The notes beneath the pieces are model-generated. The model had not been told where the DNA came from. It saw only the letters and a list, made by a program, of their open reading frames with translations, and searched no databases. Below, in pieces: positions 1 to 14,300 of a stretch of 64,000 nucleotides of DNA; the first letter of the stretch is position 1; every line of letters starts with the position of its first letter. The stretch is taken from the NCBI GenBank assembly GCA_965153455.1, contig OZ234493.1, positions 8,174,213-8,238,212 on the forward strand. The letters run 5' to 3'. The translations under genes were made by a program, and so were the position numbers. Source of the DNA: Sphagnum compactum. Taxonomy: Eukaryota.

Positions 1-1015
1 CAAAGGTTGTGTAACATTTGAAATTACCTAAAGAATCAAGATGTTCATTGTTCATTATCACTCACAAATTGAATCATGCATTAAGTGATTAATACCTTTT
101 CCAACATAAATCACACAAAAGATCTAAACATCAAAGCTATTTTGAAAACTAGGGTTGTTCACTTGGAGGCTGGGCAAGAAATTAAACACAATGGAAGTTG
201 GATGCTCATAACTTTTACAGCCTCCATCTCCCACCAGATCACAATAGAACGAAAACAATCCTCCATTGATGTTGGAATAACCCCTTTTCTTTTGTTGAAG
301 CCTAAAACCAGCAACAAGTTGAACACAACGAAACTACAAACAATAGTTGACAAGCAAGAGGCATGGAGTATGATGAAGTTGGCAAAATTCAAAGGTAGTT
401 CATAATCTTATAGTAACAATAAAGCATAGAAAGGAACGAAAAGCTGGCAAGCTTAGCAATGAATTAAGAGAATGGGGGCAGTAAATCGTGGGAGATGTCA
501 ATTGCAAATAGGCTCTTTTGATGGCCCAAATTTGGCCGTTCAACAATATTAATGGCTTGGGATTGCACTATCTAGCAATGTCCCATCATTAACCTTATAG
601 TTGGGGTTGGCGATCCCAACACAAATTCATGATGTTATTAGGCACATCCATATGTAGAGCCTAGATTTTCTAGCAAATTTTTATGAAAATTTAAACTTGA
701 ATCCCTTAATACAAGTGACCATGGCCCTTTTCATGTCAAAAATTGGCAATAATTCGCCCAAAAAAACACTAGTAGGTATCTTCGAAGCTGGGATGTGAGT
801 ATTTTCATGTGAAAATGAATCTCTAGAGAGGAGAAGACCTTTCGTTCTTTTGGAGTTGGGAACAAAGAACATGGTCATTTAAACCTATGTTCCCTTTCAT
901 TTCCAAGGTTTTTTTTGGGGTGTGTAAGGTTAATCCCCAAGGCCAAAGGGCTTGCATGCCTAGATGCATGAGATGGAGCCAAAGTGGGTCTTCATTTAGA
1001 TAATGCCCACAATCG

Positions 1016-1232
1016 AGGGTGTTCCAAAAAATAAAAAATCGATGATTTAAATCTTTTTTTAAAAATTCTTGTGATACTCAATGGGTATCCTTTTTGTATC
1101 CATCAATATTGTGGGAAGAAACAAAAGCCAAGGGTGTTGTTACAAAACATAAAAATTCAATGATTTTAATTTTTTTCTTGTGATACTCAATGGGTGTTTG
1201 GTTTAGTACCCATCAATATTGTGGGAAGAAAA
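1016..1232. repeat. Tandem duplication of about 115 bp (2 diverged copies)
   Basis: AGGGTGTT...TTCTTGTGATACTCAATGGGT...CCATCAATATTGTGGGAAGAAA occurs at about 1016-1121 and again at about 1131-1232. Confidence 0.8.
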
Positions 1233-3271
1233 ATGACACATGGCATTTCATAATAAAAACAAAATGCCTATAGATGGTGCACTTGGTTTCATTTTTTGAA
1301 ATGCCTCCATGGTTTCTTTTTATACGTTTTCCTCCAAATCCACTAAGTATTTGGGTGGAGGTATTTACATAACACTAAGGTATTGTGAGCCTATTCTAAA
1401 CATTAATTAACCAATTCTACAATGGCATATGGACATTTTTGTGAGGTTAGTTCTATCAAGTAAGCCTACCAAGGTGAGCTATTAGCCACACCTTGGGCCT
1501 AACCTCGAGCAAATGGAAAATACTTGATTGTGTGTTCATCTACCTGTTTCAAAATGGATAGCCAAAATTGTGATCATCCGTGAAAAGATTTAGCCAAATT
1601 TGGTTATAAAAAAATATGAAAATAAAAAAGTAATCGTCTTTCTATATTGTTGACTACCTATTGGAACCTACATTTTTTAAATGAATCAATCTCTAATATT
1701 TGTTACTTTTTAAAATACAATGATTTCATTAAACCCTTAAAATCTTGTATTTTTGTTTCAATTTTTAGATGTGATCATTGGTTAACCTTCCAAGAAGGAT
1801 GTAACATTCAATGGTAATCAAAACATGTAATAAAATAAAAATAATTTGTAATACTAATGTTCTTAGTGACTTACAAAACAACATTTGTAAAGGTTGCAAC
1901 CTCAAAAAATTCACATTTAATGTGAAAGTTTGCACCTTTAAAAAAAGTTGTTAAAACCCATTTAATTTTCACATTTTCAATTTTCTAATCCACCAAGAAA
2001 TTTTGATTAGGACATATGCAATACAAATATGTATTAATCTCCATCACATATCAAAAAATACATTTACTACTTGTTCATTTTTTTAAAAATCCAAAATTAA
2101 GTGAAACTAGTTGGCACTTGTAAAACAATAGATTTATGGCAACCATAATTTGAACTTTGACAATTATTGTGTGGGTGTATGGCCAAGTGCAAGTTATTAG
2201 CCTAGTTTACATCCAATAATTTGATAACCTACTATATCAATGGCATTTTCAATGTGTAAGTAAACCTTATGTGATGGAATGAAAAGAGGAAACATTTAAA
2301 TTTTCTAATTATGATGACTATGTGGTTATTTATTTTGTGAAATTACTTTCTTCATTTCAAAAATTGTCATATTTTAAAATTTTGTAACTAGGGATTCCCA
2401 AATTTTCCCATTTTTACTCCCTAGGTATCCATATGATTTGTGGTGTAGGGTCAACAAAATATCCCTTGTGTTATAAACTTTCTTTGAAGGTTTTTCATTC
2501 AATTCATCCTTTCAATTAGTATTTACGAAAAAATATTCCTGATTTATGGTTTATTTCCACATGATTTAGGTCGCCCATGTTATTTGCATGAAATGTAATT
2601 TGAATTAAGATAAATAATTAAATTTATAACATTGATTGCGTCATCTATATAATTGCAATAATATGGATATTGGACTTGATAATATGTATTATAAAAGATT
2701 TTCAAAATTGAACCTAAATTGTCTTAAATTCAAAAATAATTTCACACCCTCAAAATGTAACGGGGAATATTTAAAGACTTGTCACAACAAAGCATTAAAA
2801 AAAAATCTCACACAAAATAATTGGAACCTTGGTTAATGATATTAGCAACCAATAATGTTGTTTTAATACTAACGAAAATGCAAATGAGTTGTTCGTTCCG
2901 TACATTTAAGATGAATGTAACTTTTGCCATTTGGTCCAACTATTTACCGTTTAAAGTTTTCCCTATAATTATTCCATGACAAATGCATATTTCTGAAGAA
3001 CTTAACTATACCCAATTTGCAAAACATTGCCCATTGGGAGAATGAATTCAACCCTCAACATAATTGTTTGAACAACTCAAACAATGAAATTCAAAATAAT
3101 GAAAGAAACTATGTTGGGGGGGGGACCATGTGGTTGCAACTAATAACAAGAAAAAATTGTTTGAAAAACTCTTGGTTTATAAGAAAAGGAGGGGAAAAAA
3201 AAAAGGTTGTGGGTCATGGAAAATGTTTGAGAATTCATCATATTTAGATGATGTTGTTGCAAAACTCTTTT

Positions 3272-3487
3272 GGGGGGGGGGGGGGGGGGGGGGGAGGTAA
3301 GAAGCCTTAAACCTAAACCCCATTGTTGGAATTATATGAATTGAAAGAAAAAATTAGCCACAAAAAAGGCAAAATCAAAAGGCTTGCCCTATTGATGAGG
3401 CATAAAAAGCCACAAATATCAACTTACCAAAGTAATAAAGGGGAAGATAACGAGGCCCTACCACCCCCCCCCCCCCCCCCCCCCCCC
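3272..3487. repeat. Poly-G (23 nt, 3272-3294) and poly-C (24 nt, 3464-3487) tracts in inverted arrangement
   Basis: Read directly; flanks are also near-complementary (G23-AGGTA versus TACC-A-C24). Confidence 0.85.
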
Positions 3488-4409
3488 ATGATTCCAATAA
3501 ACTAAAAGGAGTCAACTTTAGGAATCTTAGAAATAGACAAAAGAAATGATCCTTTATTGACAATCCCAAACAAAAAGAAAAAGGAGGTAGTTACAACTCT
3601 AGCTTGACTTAAGCCTATAACATGCACACGAATAAAATCTCTCCCAAGGTAGTTACTATTGTTGAAAGGGAAAACTAAGAAAAAACAAATTTCAATACCA
3701 CCAAAGTATGATCATGACTTGAGTACAAAGATACTCATCAAAATACTTTGATCAAAGGCCAAATTTAACCAATGTTGTGTAGGTGCCTAGATATCTAGGT
3801 TAAACTTTTGATTTCGGTTTCAAGTATCACAAATTGGATTCAAATATGTACCCTTTTCAAGGAATCATGTTAGGATTTGAACTTGGGATGTGCCAAGACA
3901 CATGTTCAACCCTAAACCACCAACCCAAGTGTGTTTGTCAACAAGAATTGATGTAAGACTAAACCAACGTTTTTTTTGGTTTCACATGGGTTTGGGTCTT
4001 CTAAAGTTTAAGGTGTTTTTTCACCTCCATGCTTTTCTAAGCTTAAGCTTTCAACCATCTACCTCCACTTCAATCATTTGTTTTGACGTGGCTTTTGCTC
4101 ACCTTTTTTTTGTCATGTTATACTTCAACTTTCATAATTTCATTTGGTTTTTTTTATTTTTAACAACCAAAGCTTTTAGGATTAAAAAAAGGGCCAAACT
4201 TTCTTTCAAGCTTGTGGTTTGTTTAACATCATTCATTTAGAATGACAAATGACATTCCCGTTCACATTATAAAAGCAATGCCACATGAAAAGTGACAAGC
4301 CCCTAAACTTGTCAAATGGTATTATGGGTAAATGTTTTCCTAGTTTTGAAGTTATAATGAAATGCAATTCAAGGTGTGTTTTTTATTATTTCATATTCTT
4401 AAGGGTTAA

Positions 4410-5465
4410 AAGGGCATGTAGGAGTTCCAAGATAAAACTAAGATGAAAGTTGTAATGTAAATTCATGGATAACTTAACTTCAAAATATAAACAAGTCTAT
4501 TAGTACAAGTTGAAGCGAAATGGTGATAGGACCCACTCATAAACAACCTAAATTCACTTGATTCACATAACTTGAATGTTGAGTTGAGGAGGAGGCATCA
4601 TTTTCCTCCATATAATATATTTTGTGATTGGTAACAAAGGTTACATCAAAATGGTTAATTTTTTTGAGATTCTCAAACGAAAATTGGGAGTTTTAAAATT
4701 TATTAAGTTATGAGTCTTGCAATTTTGTGAGTTCATAATTTTCACATACAATTCCATTTGAGGGTATTCATAACAAAAAGTTGTAATCCTTGAAACTATC
4801 TTTTCAATGTCATATGGCATGCTCAATTTGGAAGTCATTTGATCTTCATTTCTTGGGTTTTAATGGTTAGAAGTCACATTGCCAATTTGACCCATAGTCA
4901 TTCTTTTGGCCATCACTTCTTGTTCATAATTCTAAATGGAAAATCTGAACTCAATTATGATATTTGCATTTCAAAGCCTTTTCAATAGTATAATGGCAAC
5001 TCAATTTGGACCACATTAACTACTTGCATTTTTCGGGTATAATTTTGCAAACACATACGAAAACAATTGAAACCATTGCTTTTAATGTTATGGGATTGAT
5101 ATCTAGTATTTAAAAATAATAATACCTACACATTTACCTATTTTGGAATTTTTGAAATGTAAACCTTAACATAATAGTATAAAAAACACTTTCAAGATTG
5201 TAAAAAGATTTTTTTAAATGCCAAAAATATTCTTGAAAAAAATTAATGAGCCAAGGGGGCGAGTGTGGCTTACTAGATTGATTGTTTACACCCTTGTCCC
5301 AAAAATTCAGAATTCACTCGAGATTACAACTCCCAAAGTGTTATTCACTAAAATGTGTTTGGACTAATATCCTTGTGCTCTTTCACATTTATAGGAATGT
5401 GTTAAACCCCAAGATATTTTCACAACCAACATTGTTTCTCATGTTCTAGCCTTGTTAAAGTCATG
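4410..5465. mobile_element. Old, degenerate LTR relic related to the solo LTR at 20943-21505
   Basis: 4590-4626 GGAGGCATCATTTTCCTCCATATAATATATTTTGTG aligns with 21227-21265 GGAAGCCACCACCTTCCCCCTTATAGTATACTCTGTG, mostly by C>T/G>A changes. Similarity continues downstream (GCAATTTTGTGAGTTCATAATTT versus GCAACTTTGGAGGCCCATAACTT). Boundaries approximate. Confidence 0.6.
5035..5293. mobile_element. Possible MITE nested in the old LTR relic
   Basis: AT-rich 259-bp block with imperfect inverted ends GGGTATAAT...TTTACACCC; no clean TSD. Confidence 0.3.
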
Positions 5466-5899
5466 ATAAAAAGAATGGCGGTGAATTTCTATTTTCAATT
5501 CACACAATAATTGGATCACAAAGGTATCCAATTTTGAAATGGAAGTAAGTGGGGTACTTTTTATTACATAGTTCTTGACATATTGAAATGTGGTACCACA
5601 TTCATCACATGTCATATAATTGGGTCTTTGTTGTTTTTAATGATTATGTCACAATAAATTATTACAATCCACAAATGAATTCATATGTTGTGTGCCATCC
5701 TACTTAAATGCAAATTGTTGTTAGGATATTTACCAAAATGAAAAGCAAGGGGCTTTTGAACTACACATTGAACATGGCACAAGTTCATTGCAAAAACACA
5801 ATTTTTTTAACATGTAAAGATATACAAAAGGTGGGAGTTGGCTTTCATATAAATAGTGATTAAATATCTCACTCAAAAACAAGCTTCAAGAAAAAGTTC

Positions 5900-7200
5900 A
5901 TATCACAAATTTTTTAGTAACTAATAACCTTACCACAAATTTGAGCTTGCAAAACATGTTTTGAAAAAGGATTTGATATTGTACATTGCAAAAATGATAC
6001 CATCTATTATCATCTATCAAGAATCCATGATTGAAGACTTTAGTTTTATGTCAATGTGAACATGTTTTGTTTTTTTATTGATTGTAGGTAGTGAGTGAAA
6101 TACTCATGGATGTTGTGACAAAAGCGATGGAGAAATAATGTTATGTTTTTTTTGCTTCATGTGTTACTTGCATAACTTTTTAAAATTTTTGGATGTTGCA
6201 AATTGAATATGACTTTTTTGCACTGGTTGTCACTTCATTTAATTCATGAAAGCCCACCCCAACATGATTGTGAGGACATTTGAACTGCATAATGTAACTG
6301 GTGTGACCATGGCAAACCAAATAAAGGTTTTGATTGATTCATTCGGTTTGCTCAACAATATAATTGCCAAGTGAAAGACAAATGATCTAATTAAGTACAT
6401 TGACCAATGCATTGACAAGTGTTGGTATGTGTTTTCCTTTATAATTGCCATGCACATTTGTAATGTCACATTGTATTGGCCATGTTATGTCAAGGTAATG
6501 TTAATATGTTATTGATGAAGCCAAAATCTATGTTGGTTTTTTTAAAAGGGGAGTTTGAAAGGTGTTCAAAATTCATTACATTTAAAACTATATAATTTGG
6601 ATTAATTATGTGAAGTTTCATTACATTTTTTGTTCATGGTTAACACGTTTTCACCAATGATACATTTATAATTTCTAAAAAATGATACATTCATATCACA
6701 TTTCATACATTCATGTAGTTCAAAAAGTCAATCTCATAATTTGTCACCTAATATTTAATAGATTCATCACACAATTTTTATTTTTTAATATTTGAAGATT
6801 ATTTTTCGACCTATTTCATCTTGCTTGGACCCTAGATGCACTTGTTTCTTCTTTCACCTTGTGCATGTTGCCATGAAAGTTAATGTTGCCAAGATTCAAG
6901 CTTTGAATCAACCTTGAATTTGTGATGATTTTGATTCAAGATCCAAACAAAGGATGGTGGCAAACATTATGGGAATATTGGTGTTGTTCATAGCATTATT
7001 AACTGCTTACAATTAAATCAAAACATAGAATATATTGGCAATCATCTTTAACCCGTGTTTCAAGAACATGAGGTTCATATGGGACTTTGTGGAAAACAAA
7101 ACACATGTGTGATTTGTTTCAAAGCATGTTCTTTAATTTGTTCTTGTCTTTATGAAATTTATAGGATAGTTTATGTGTTAGAATCAAAAAAAATTAGATC
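5900..7200 (+). pseudogene. hAT-family transposase relic (frameshifts and stops)
   Basis: Broken + strand translation gives DFFALVVT..., TFELHNVTGVTMANQIKVLIDSFGLLNNIIA..VKD..SN, resembling the hAT catalytic region with the xxDxxxN motif. IFNPCFKNM near 7040-7070 resembles the hAT LDPRFK motif. Boundaries approximate. Confidence 0.55.
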
Positions 7201-10200
7201 AAAGACTCATGTCAATTTGGATTAAAAATTGACATTTTTTTGTACCCTAAAATCCAGGATAAACCTAGAACCAAATCATCTTTTTTGTATTATTAATTTA
7301 AAAAAAAACCCCTATATCCAATTACCACCAATGGGTTGGGCAAAAGCAATACAAACCTTATCAAGAGGGTTTTGGCATTTCTCAAAAAAAATTCTTTTAA
7401 GACCTTACCCAAAGGTTTTGCAAGTTTCTGTTTTTTTTAATATATAAGATTCGAGGTTTTGCAATTTTCTTGTTTTTGTTTCGTTTTGTTTTGTTTAAAA
7501 TACATAAGATTCGAGACCACATGTTCTCTCTAACAAAACACATACCTACACAATGCTGGAATGAACCAGTACCCACCAGACAACCATTGAAGGAAGGAAG
7601 GATAGATACATAGATAGATAGATAGAGAGTTAAGTAGGCTAGGTGGAGAGGAAATGGTGTTTTTTCTTTGTAATTTGTTGTGTCCCATAGCTTTAGCTTA
7701 GTTGACAAATGAGCAGTGCTAACTATGTGTGTGGACTACTCCTGTAGCTGATTGGACAATTGGGGTGGCTTGGAAAAAAAGTGCACCCAACCCAACATGC
7801 ATGAGTTGGGTGTGAATGACATGTAAGTTGCCCTAAAAGAGAAAGAGCTTGGATAATGCAACATTGTAGTAGTAGTAGTAGGGCTTGAAGAGAGAAAAGA
7901 ATCCCCATTTTTCCATGAAAAAGCTTTCCCACATTTTATAGCCCACAAAGAATCATCCTATGTGTGTGACTTCTTTTTTTTTTACACATATATATAAGGG
8001 TTTAGGGTATATAAACCCATATATATATTTAATTATTTATTTTTGCAGTTGAAGAAGATTGGAATTTAGTATAGTGTAGTAAGTAGTATAGGGTTTCCGC
8101 ATAGAATAATTAATTAAATTTGAAGATTTCCTCTCCCCAATGTACCACCATGCAAAGATATAATCTTCAAAAAAACCCTCTCAAAGAAACTAAAAAAATC
8201 CTTCGAGATATATTAGAACTCTCTAACTAATCTCAAGTTTCAACACAAGTCAAAATATCATCTTTCAAAAATCCTCATATAAAAATAGGCCTATTATTAT
8301 TATTATTATTACCTAGTAGGGGCCAAAACCCCTTAAGCTACTATACTCTATAATGAATCTAAACACAATATCCTTCTTGCCTTGGTAGTGGGCAAGGCCA
8401 ACAAACTATTAACATAATGAAATTGGTACCTTTTGCCACTACTTTGATCAATCTCACACCAAATCTTTTGTCATGTGATCCCTTCTTTTGCCCCAATTAT
8501 TTCTAAAATTTCAAAGTTAATTCTTTATATTATTTTATGCTTTATTTTTTTTTTAAATCCTAAAAAACATCAAAGCAAATGTAATTTTTTTCATTTAAAA
8601 AAAAAAAAAAAAAACCGGGGATGGTTCCAAGACATTTGAGTTCATTCCTTACCAAGGTTACAAACGTGGGGTTACTTCAACACACCATTGAAATAGAATA
8701 TTCTAGGATGCTACAAAAGATTCATTAGTTTCCTTCACAAAAATTTTGTTCTTTGACAAAAGACATACCATACTTTCTTTTTCTTTTTCTTTTGGGAATC
8801 TCAACATTTCCAAAAATAATATAATTAGTGTCAAAGCTGCCATGGGTAGTAGTAGTACCAGTGTTTTTTCTTTCTTTTTTTTTCTTTTTTTTTTTCCGAG
8901 GTGTGAAATTTTCTCTTGAATGCAGAAAATAGTTTTTAAAAAAAGGAACATTTCTGTCAAAATATTCCTATTAAGCCAAATTTCGGGATTTAAAAAATAT
9001 ATATATAGATAGTTGTAAATCACATTTGGAGTTTGATTTTATTTTGGTAGCATTTTTAAAAAAAATGTTTAGACAGGTTTTAAAACCATGTTTGCCAATT
9101 TAATGCAAAAAATCTCTCTTGGGATGCTTGCTAATGGCACAACATCGGAAAATTGAAAAAAAACAAAAACAAAAACAAAAAAATCACTGACGGGTACTAT
9201 GATGATATCGGCACACCTACCTACCTTATTAGTATATGGAGTGGGCCGTCCCAATCCCGTCCAATATATTTGTTCTGTTTGGGTGGATGACGGGATGGAC
9301 GACGGGACGGATTCAGGGGAAGCTTCATTTTTCATCTCGACGTCCTTTACTATATGTAATAATAATGGGCCGTCCCAAGCCCTCCACCACCCATACAATC
9401 CTGTCTGGGCAGCTTCCGGACGCGTCTGTCCGTCTGTCAAATAATTAATTAATTTTGAAAATTCCATTTCGAAACCGAATGTTCTCATAATATTCCCCCC
9501 AAAAAAAAATTCATTTTCTTTTTTCCACAAAAGAAATTTCTTAGAAAAAAATTAAAAATTGAAAAAAACAAAGAAAGCATTTCTAAAAGTAATATAATTT
9601 GTGCTGAAACCGCCGGGGAACTACACTATTTTTTAAAAATAAAAAATAAAAAAATTCTGTTTAATGTTTTCGTCAAGAAAATAGGGAATTTATTAACTTA
9701 GATTTGAATTGTTTTTTAATTAAGAAAACAACCAATCAAGTGCCATCTTCAGTACCAAAGAGCCATGATTGCGTCACGTAAGTACTAATACGTCCCCCTC
9801 AGTACGGGGAACGGAGAACGAGAATTCGTGTATTCCCTAGTATATCCGAGGCCCGCAGCTGTCGCATTGGAATTTCCGAAAGCGTGGAGTGGACCGGAGG
9901 AGCCAAGAGCAGTCGGGAACTTGAGTTCTCAACTTTGGTTCCCCCTTGTTCGTTCCCAAGTTTCGTTCCCAACTTGCGTTCCTTATTGGTTTCTCAAATG
10001 AGAATGCTGTACAAGAATGAGAACGCTGAAGAGCTTCCTAGAAACAATGAGAGGAATGCTGTTCCCACGGACCACTGGAATCCTACAGTTACGCGTTCCC
10101 GTAGAATATGCGCGAGAGGGAGAGGAGGAGAGAGGAAGGCTGCTGCGGTCCCGCCTCGCCAGAGCTCCACCAAGCTTTTTTAACTGCCTCGCGCGGTCTT

Positions 10201-10265
10201 GTTTCTTCAGCATCCGTGTTCTTCTTCGGTACCGTCTGCTTTCTCGCTTCTCGCTCTTTGCAACC

Positions 10266-11329
10266 ATGTCTTTTTTCGTTAGAACCGTTGCTTTAGCTGC
10301 CAGTAGAAGAAGCTTGTTGTCGCACAACAACGTCATTCCCGTGCGCGCTTCGCACGTCTCCGACACGAGTTTGAGCCTCTCGGCGTTGAAGAATTTTGTA
10401 TCTGAAGCAACAGCAAGAGGTTCAACAACAACGTCCACCGACGCGCGCTTTTATTCGTCGATTCGCGATGTCCGTAGACTTCATGTGTTCAGCAGCTCCA
10501 CCGATCGTGCTTTGCTCAATGCTTCGGAGTTCGGTAATAACCGTAGTAGTGGTAGACGAGGAGGCGAGATTTGGAGTCTCTCTGTGCGCAGCCAGTCGCG
10601 TTCCAATTCGGTTCCATTCGCCGAAGAAATCCCCGCGTTGTCACAACAAGTCGGCACAAGATCCGAGCACTCCGCAGCACTGGTGGAGGAAGAGCGCGAG
10701 AATGAGGCAATCATGGACGAGTTTGTGGAAGTCGGCCACAAGTTAGCAAATGCCGCCGGGGCGATTATCATGAACTACTTTCGATCGCGCTTCCAGATCA
10801 TCGACAAGGAAGATTCCAGTGAGTCCGCATGCCACATCCTTGCAATTTTCTTTCCAACTTTTGCCGCTGTCTTCTTCTTCCGATGCTTGTCTGTCTGTCT
10901 GTTTGTTCTTTTTCCCTCGTTTTGCTATTTATTATTGCTCTGCGAAAAAAATCCTTTGTCACTCTCAAGTCTCTCATTTCTAATCTCTTCTACTTGTAAT
11001 GTTTTGTCTGTTCGCATGACGGATCTGCTTATATCGAGTGCCTGTGGATGAGATCCTTTGCTTTCTTGGTTCGCTGGTAATTCGTCTTTGACTTGCGATG
11101 TCTCTCTCTGTTTGTAGTGTTGTTGTTGTTGGACGGATAATTTCTTTCTCTTGTTGTTGCATCGGTCATACACTTCTCTCTTCTTCCTGCCTTTTTTTTT
11201 TCTGTGTTGTGTTGCAGAATCAATTCTCGGACTTTGTTTTCATGCATGTTTTTTTGTGTTGAGGATATATTCCCTTGTGGATATGCATTTCTCTTGTGAA
11301 TTCATTAAGAGTTTTCTGCCGTGGCAGAG

Positions 11330-11372
<43 letters not shown>

Positions 11373-14300
11373 GCGTTCAAACCATTCATACTGGCGTGGT
11401 CCTCCTGGAGGACAAAATTGAGTCCAGTGAGGAAAAAGCAAAAAAAAATTTGCTATCTGTTTCCAACATAATTGCTTTCAAAAGCTTAGTTTGTGAAGAT
11501 TTTATGTGACACTGGGTAGTCCTGGGTTTGAAACTTTTGATCTGTGAAGTCTCTTTTCCTCTGTCTTCAACAACGTTTTTTCACCTGCCTGCCTGCCAAG
11601 GTCTGTCCTTTGTTGGTCTGTAACTAAGCAACTATGTTTTCCTATTACCAAAAATGTGAAGTTTGTACTTCTGTGAGAAGCAGCAGTGAGTATTCTTTTG
11701 AGTGGTGAGAGATGGCTAAGGTCTCTAAATACTATGAATTTCCTTGCTTGTTTCCTTGCTCAATGTTCAATTTTCTCCAGCCGTATTTGGGAAAAATAAT
11801 AACTTTTTTCAATTGAGGAAGAGTTTGATCTTTCGGGATGTGCTTTCATCATGTGGTTTTGGCGTCCAGGAGTGTCTTTGATGTTGAAGTTTCTCTGCAG
11901 TCTGCTCTTTCTTGGTAGCAAAATGGGTGAACTAACACAGAGAAGAATATGATATGTATTTGGGATTTTGTGCAGGCCCTGTTACAATTGCTGATCGAGC
12001 AGCAGAAGAGGCCATGTGCTCAATTCTAGCAGAGCGTTTTCCCACACATGCTATGTAAGTGCTAAACACTTGCACGCACACATCCTTGCTTGCTTGCTCA
12101 CTTGCTTTTGCACAAGAAAATACTCCTCCGTCTGTTAAGGAGTTTCCAAAGTTTGCAGTTTCTTGTGTGTGAAACTCTTCATTATCATGCATGGGGCCTT
12201 GTTGAGGATTGTTTCCTGCAGACTTTGAATCAATGATTTGGGAAATTATGCTCACTACATGTAAATCTATTTACACAATAAGTGTGGATTTGCAAAGAGG
12301 CATTTTTATACAAGGGGCTGCAATTATGGAGGCCGTCATGAAAAGAAATTTATAAATAGGGAGGGTAGGATGCTAATAGCAAAGTGTGACAGATTTGGGG
12401 AGGAAGGAGGCTTGAAGATGCCTAAAGGAGGCTCTGACTATTGCTGGGTTTTAGACCCCATTGATGGCACCAAGAGCTTCATCACTGGTGACTACAGTTC
12501 TCTTTGATTGCCTGCCTGCCTTCCATTTGCACATAGTGCATAAGACAATGGCAGCATTTTTAAAGAAGACAAAACTGTTTTCAATCATGAGAACAGGGCT
12601 TGCCTTGTCTGCTGACAACAGGCATGTAAATCACAAACCATTATTATGGAATCTAGCATAAAACATGATGAAACTTCTGATCTCTGACATCTCAGTGGTG
12701 TTGGAAACAGGAAAACCTGTGTTTGGTACGCTCATTGCCTTGGTTTATAAGGGAGTCCCGGTAAGTCCTTGTCTCCATCTACTGCTCAATGTAAGCACTA
12801 TGGTGTTTTCTGTTGTAGTTTCCTTGCATTGAGGCCTGTGGCATCTCATGAAGTATCTTCATTGTTTTCAGTATTCTGAACTATGACCCAATCACAATAT
12901 ATCCTGCATGTGAGTTGCCATGTTTGGTTGTGGTTATACAGTTCTGAGCAGACTATAAGAACATGGGACAAAAATACAATTCCTTGGTTATTGAGTTCCA
13001 ACCCCTTGGGTCTACTATTGCTTGAAGCTGATGGCCTTTATGAGATGGTGGATGAAAGCAGGTGTTTGGGATTATAGATCAGCCAGTGCTTGGTGAGCGG
13101 TGGGTTGGCATACAGGGCCAAGTGTCAATGCTTAATGGAGATGCTATTCAAACTCGTGCATCATGCGACTTACTTAAGAATGCCTACCTGTGAGTTATCC
13201 ATCTTGCTTTCAGTATCTTGGACCTAGTAGCAGGATTAATATTAGCAATTTATCTCTGCTGTGGGCACTCCAGTAGTTATTTCACTTCTTCGCATCCTGT
13301 AGTGAGCGAATAAGAAACTTATATAATGGAATGTCTCTCCTGTTTTCATTCATGTGCAAAATGCTGGGGTGGCAGGTATACCACAAGTCCCCACATGTTT
13401 TCTGGAGAATCAGAGTTGGCATTCAGTAGAGCCCGGAATAAGGTATAATTTTTCTGGCAAGTCCGCAGCTCTGGTTTCTCATCTCTTGCTTTCTGTACAG
13501 TTTTTAGTTACATCTTCCTCAACAAGCAAACACACACTGGTGGTTGATTCACAAATTTGTGACAATTTCTTTATGAGGAGAAATGTTTGCAAGTTGCATA
13601 TCTAGGTCAGTGCACAGAAAAATGCAGGTAATAAAATCTAGTTGTCTGACTGTTTCCTCCTTCAGGTGAAAGTACCTCTGTATGGTTGTGACTGCTATGC
13701 TTATGGACTTCTAGCAGCTGGCCATGTCGATCTTGTCATTGAAAGGGGACTAAAGGTACCTTTTCTCAACTACGCTTACTCTACACTTATATTCAATTTG
13801 GGTCCGAGGCCAATCACAGGTTACTTAAATCAGACATGACATATCAAAATTGTATTAGCATGAAACTCTCAGCACAACTAGCAGGTGTCAATAGCTATTT
13901 GTGTTGTGAACAAGCACAAGGCTTTGAGAAGAGTTATTTCTGCGCACTTGGTTTGGACATAGACAGGCACTGCCGATGTTGACAGATGTTGCCTTCAGCT
14001 TCATCAAAGTGAGAAGGAAGATAAAGAGGTAAATTGAAAACAGGCAGCACTAAGTTCCAAGATTGAGGGTCAAGAACTCTGGCAGTTGGAATCTGACAGT
14101 CTGTGGTTGGGTATGGTTTGGCTACAGCCTTATGACTATTTGGCATTAGTGCCCATAGTGGAAGGAGCAGGTGGTGTGATGACAAATTGGAATGGCCAAC
14201 CCCTACGATGGTGGCCTGAGCTTGGTACATTTTTTCCTTGAAAAATGCCATGTCCAACTTGTAAACAAAGTGATGTTGGGCTGGGTATTGAGAAGCAGTT

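Noticed and set aside
1-1000. Short ORFs or possible retroelement fragment
   Set aside because: No motif I could assign; left unannotated
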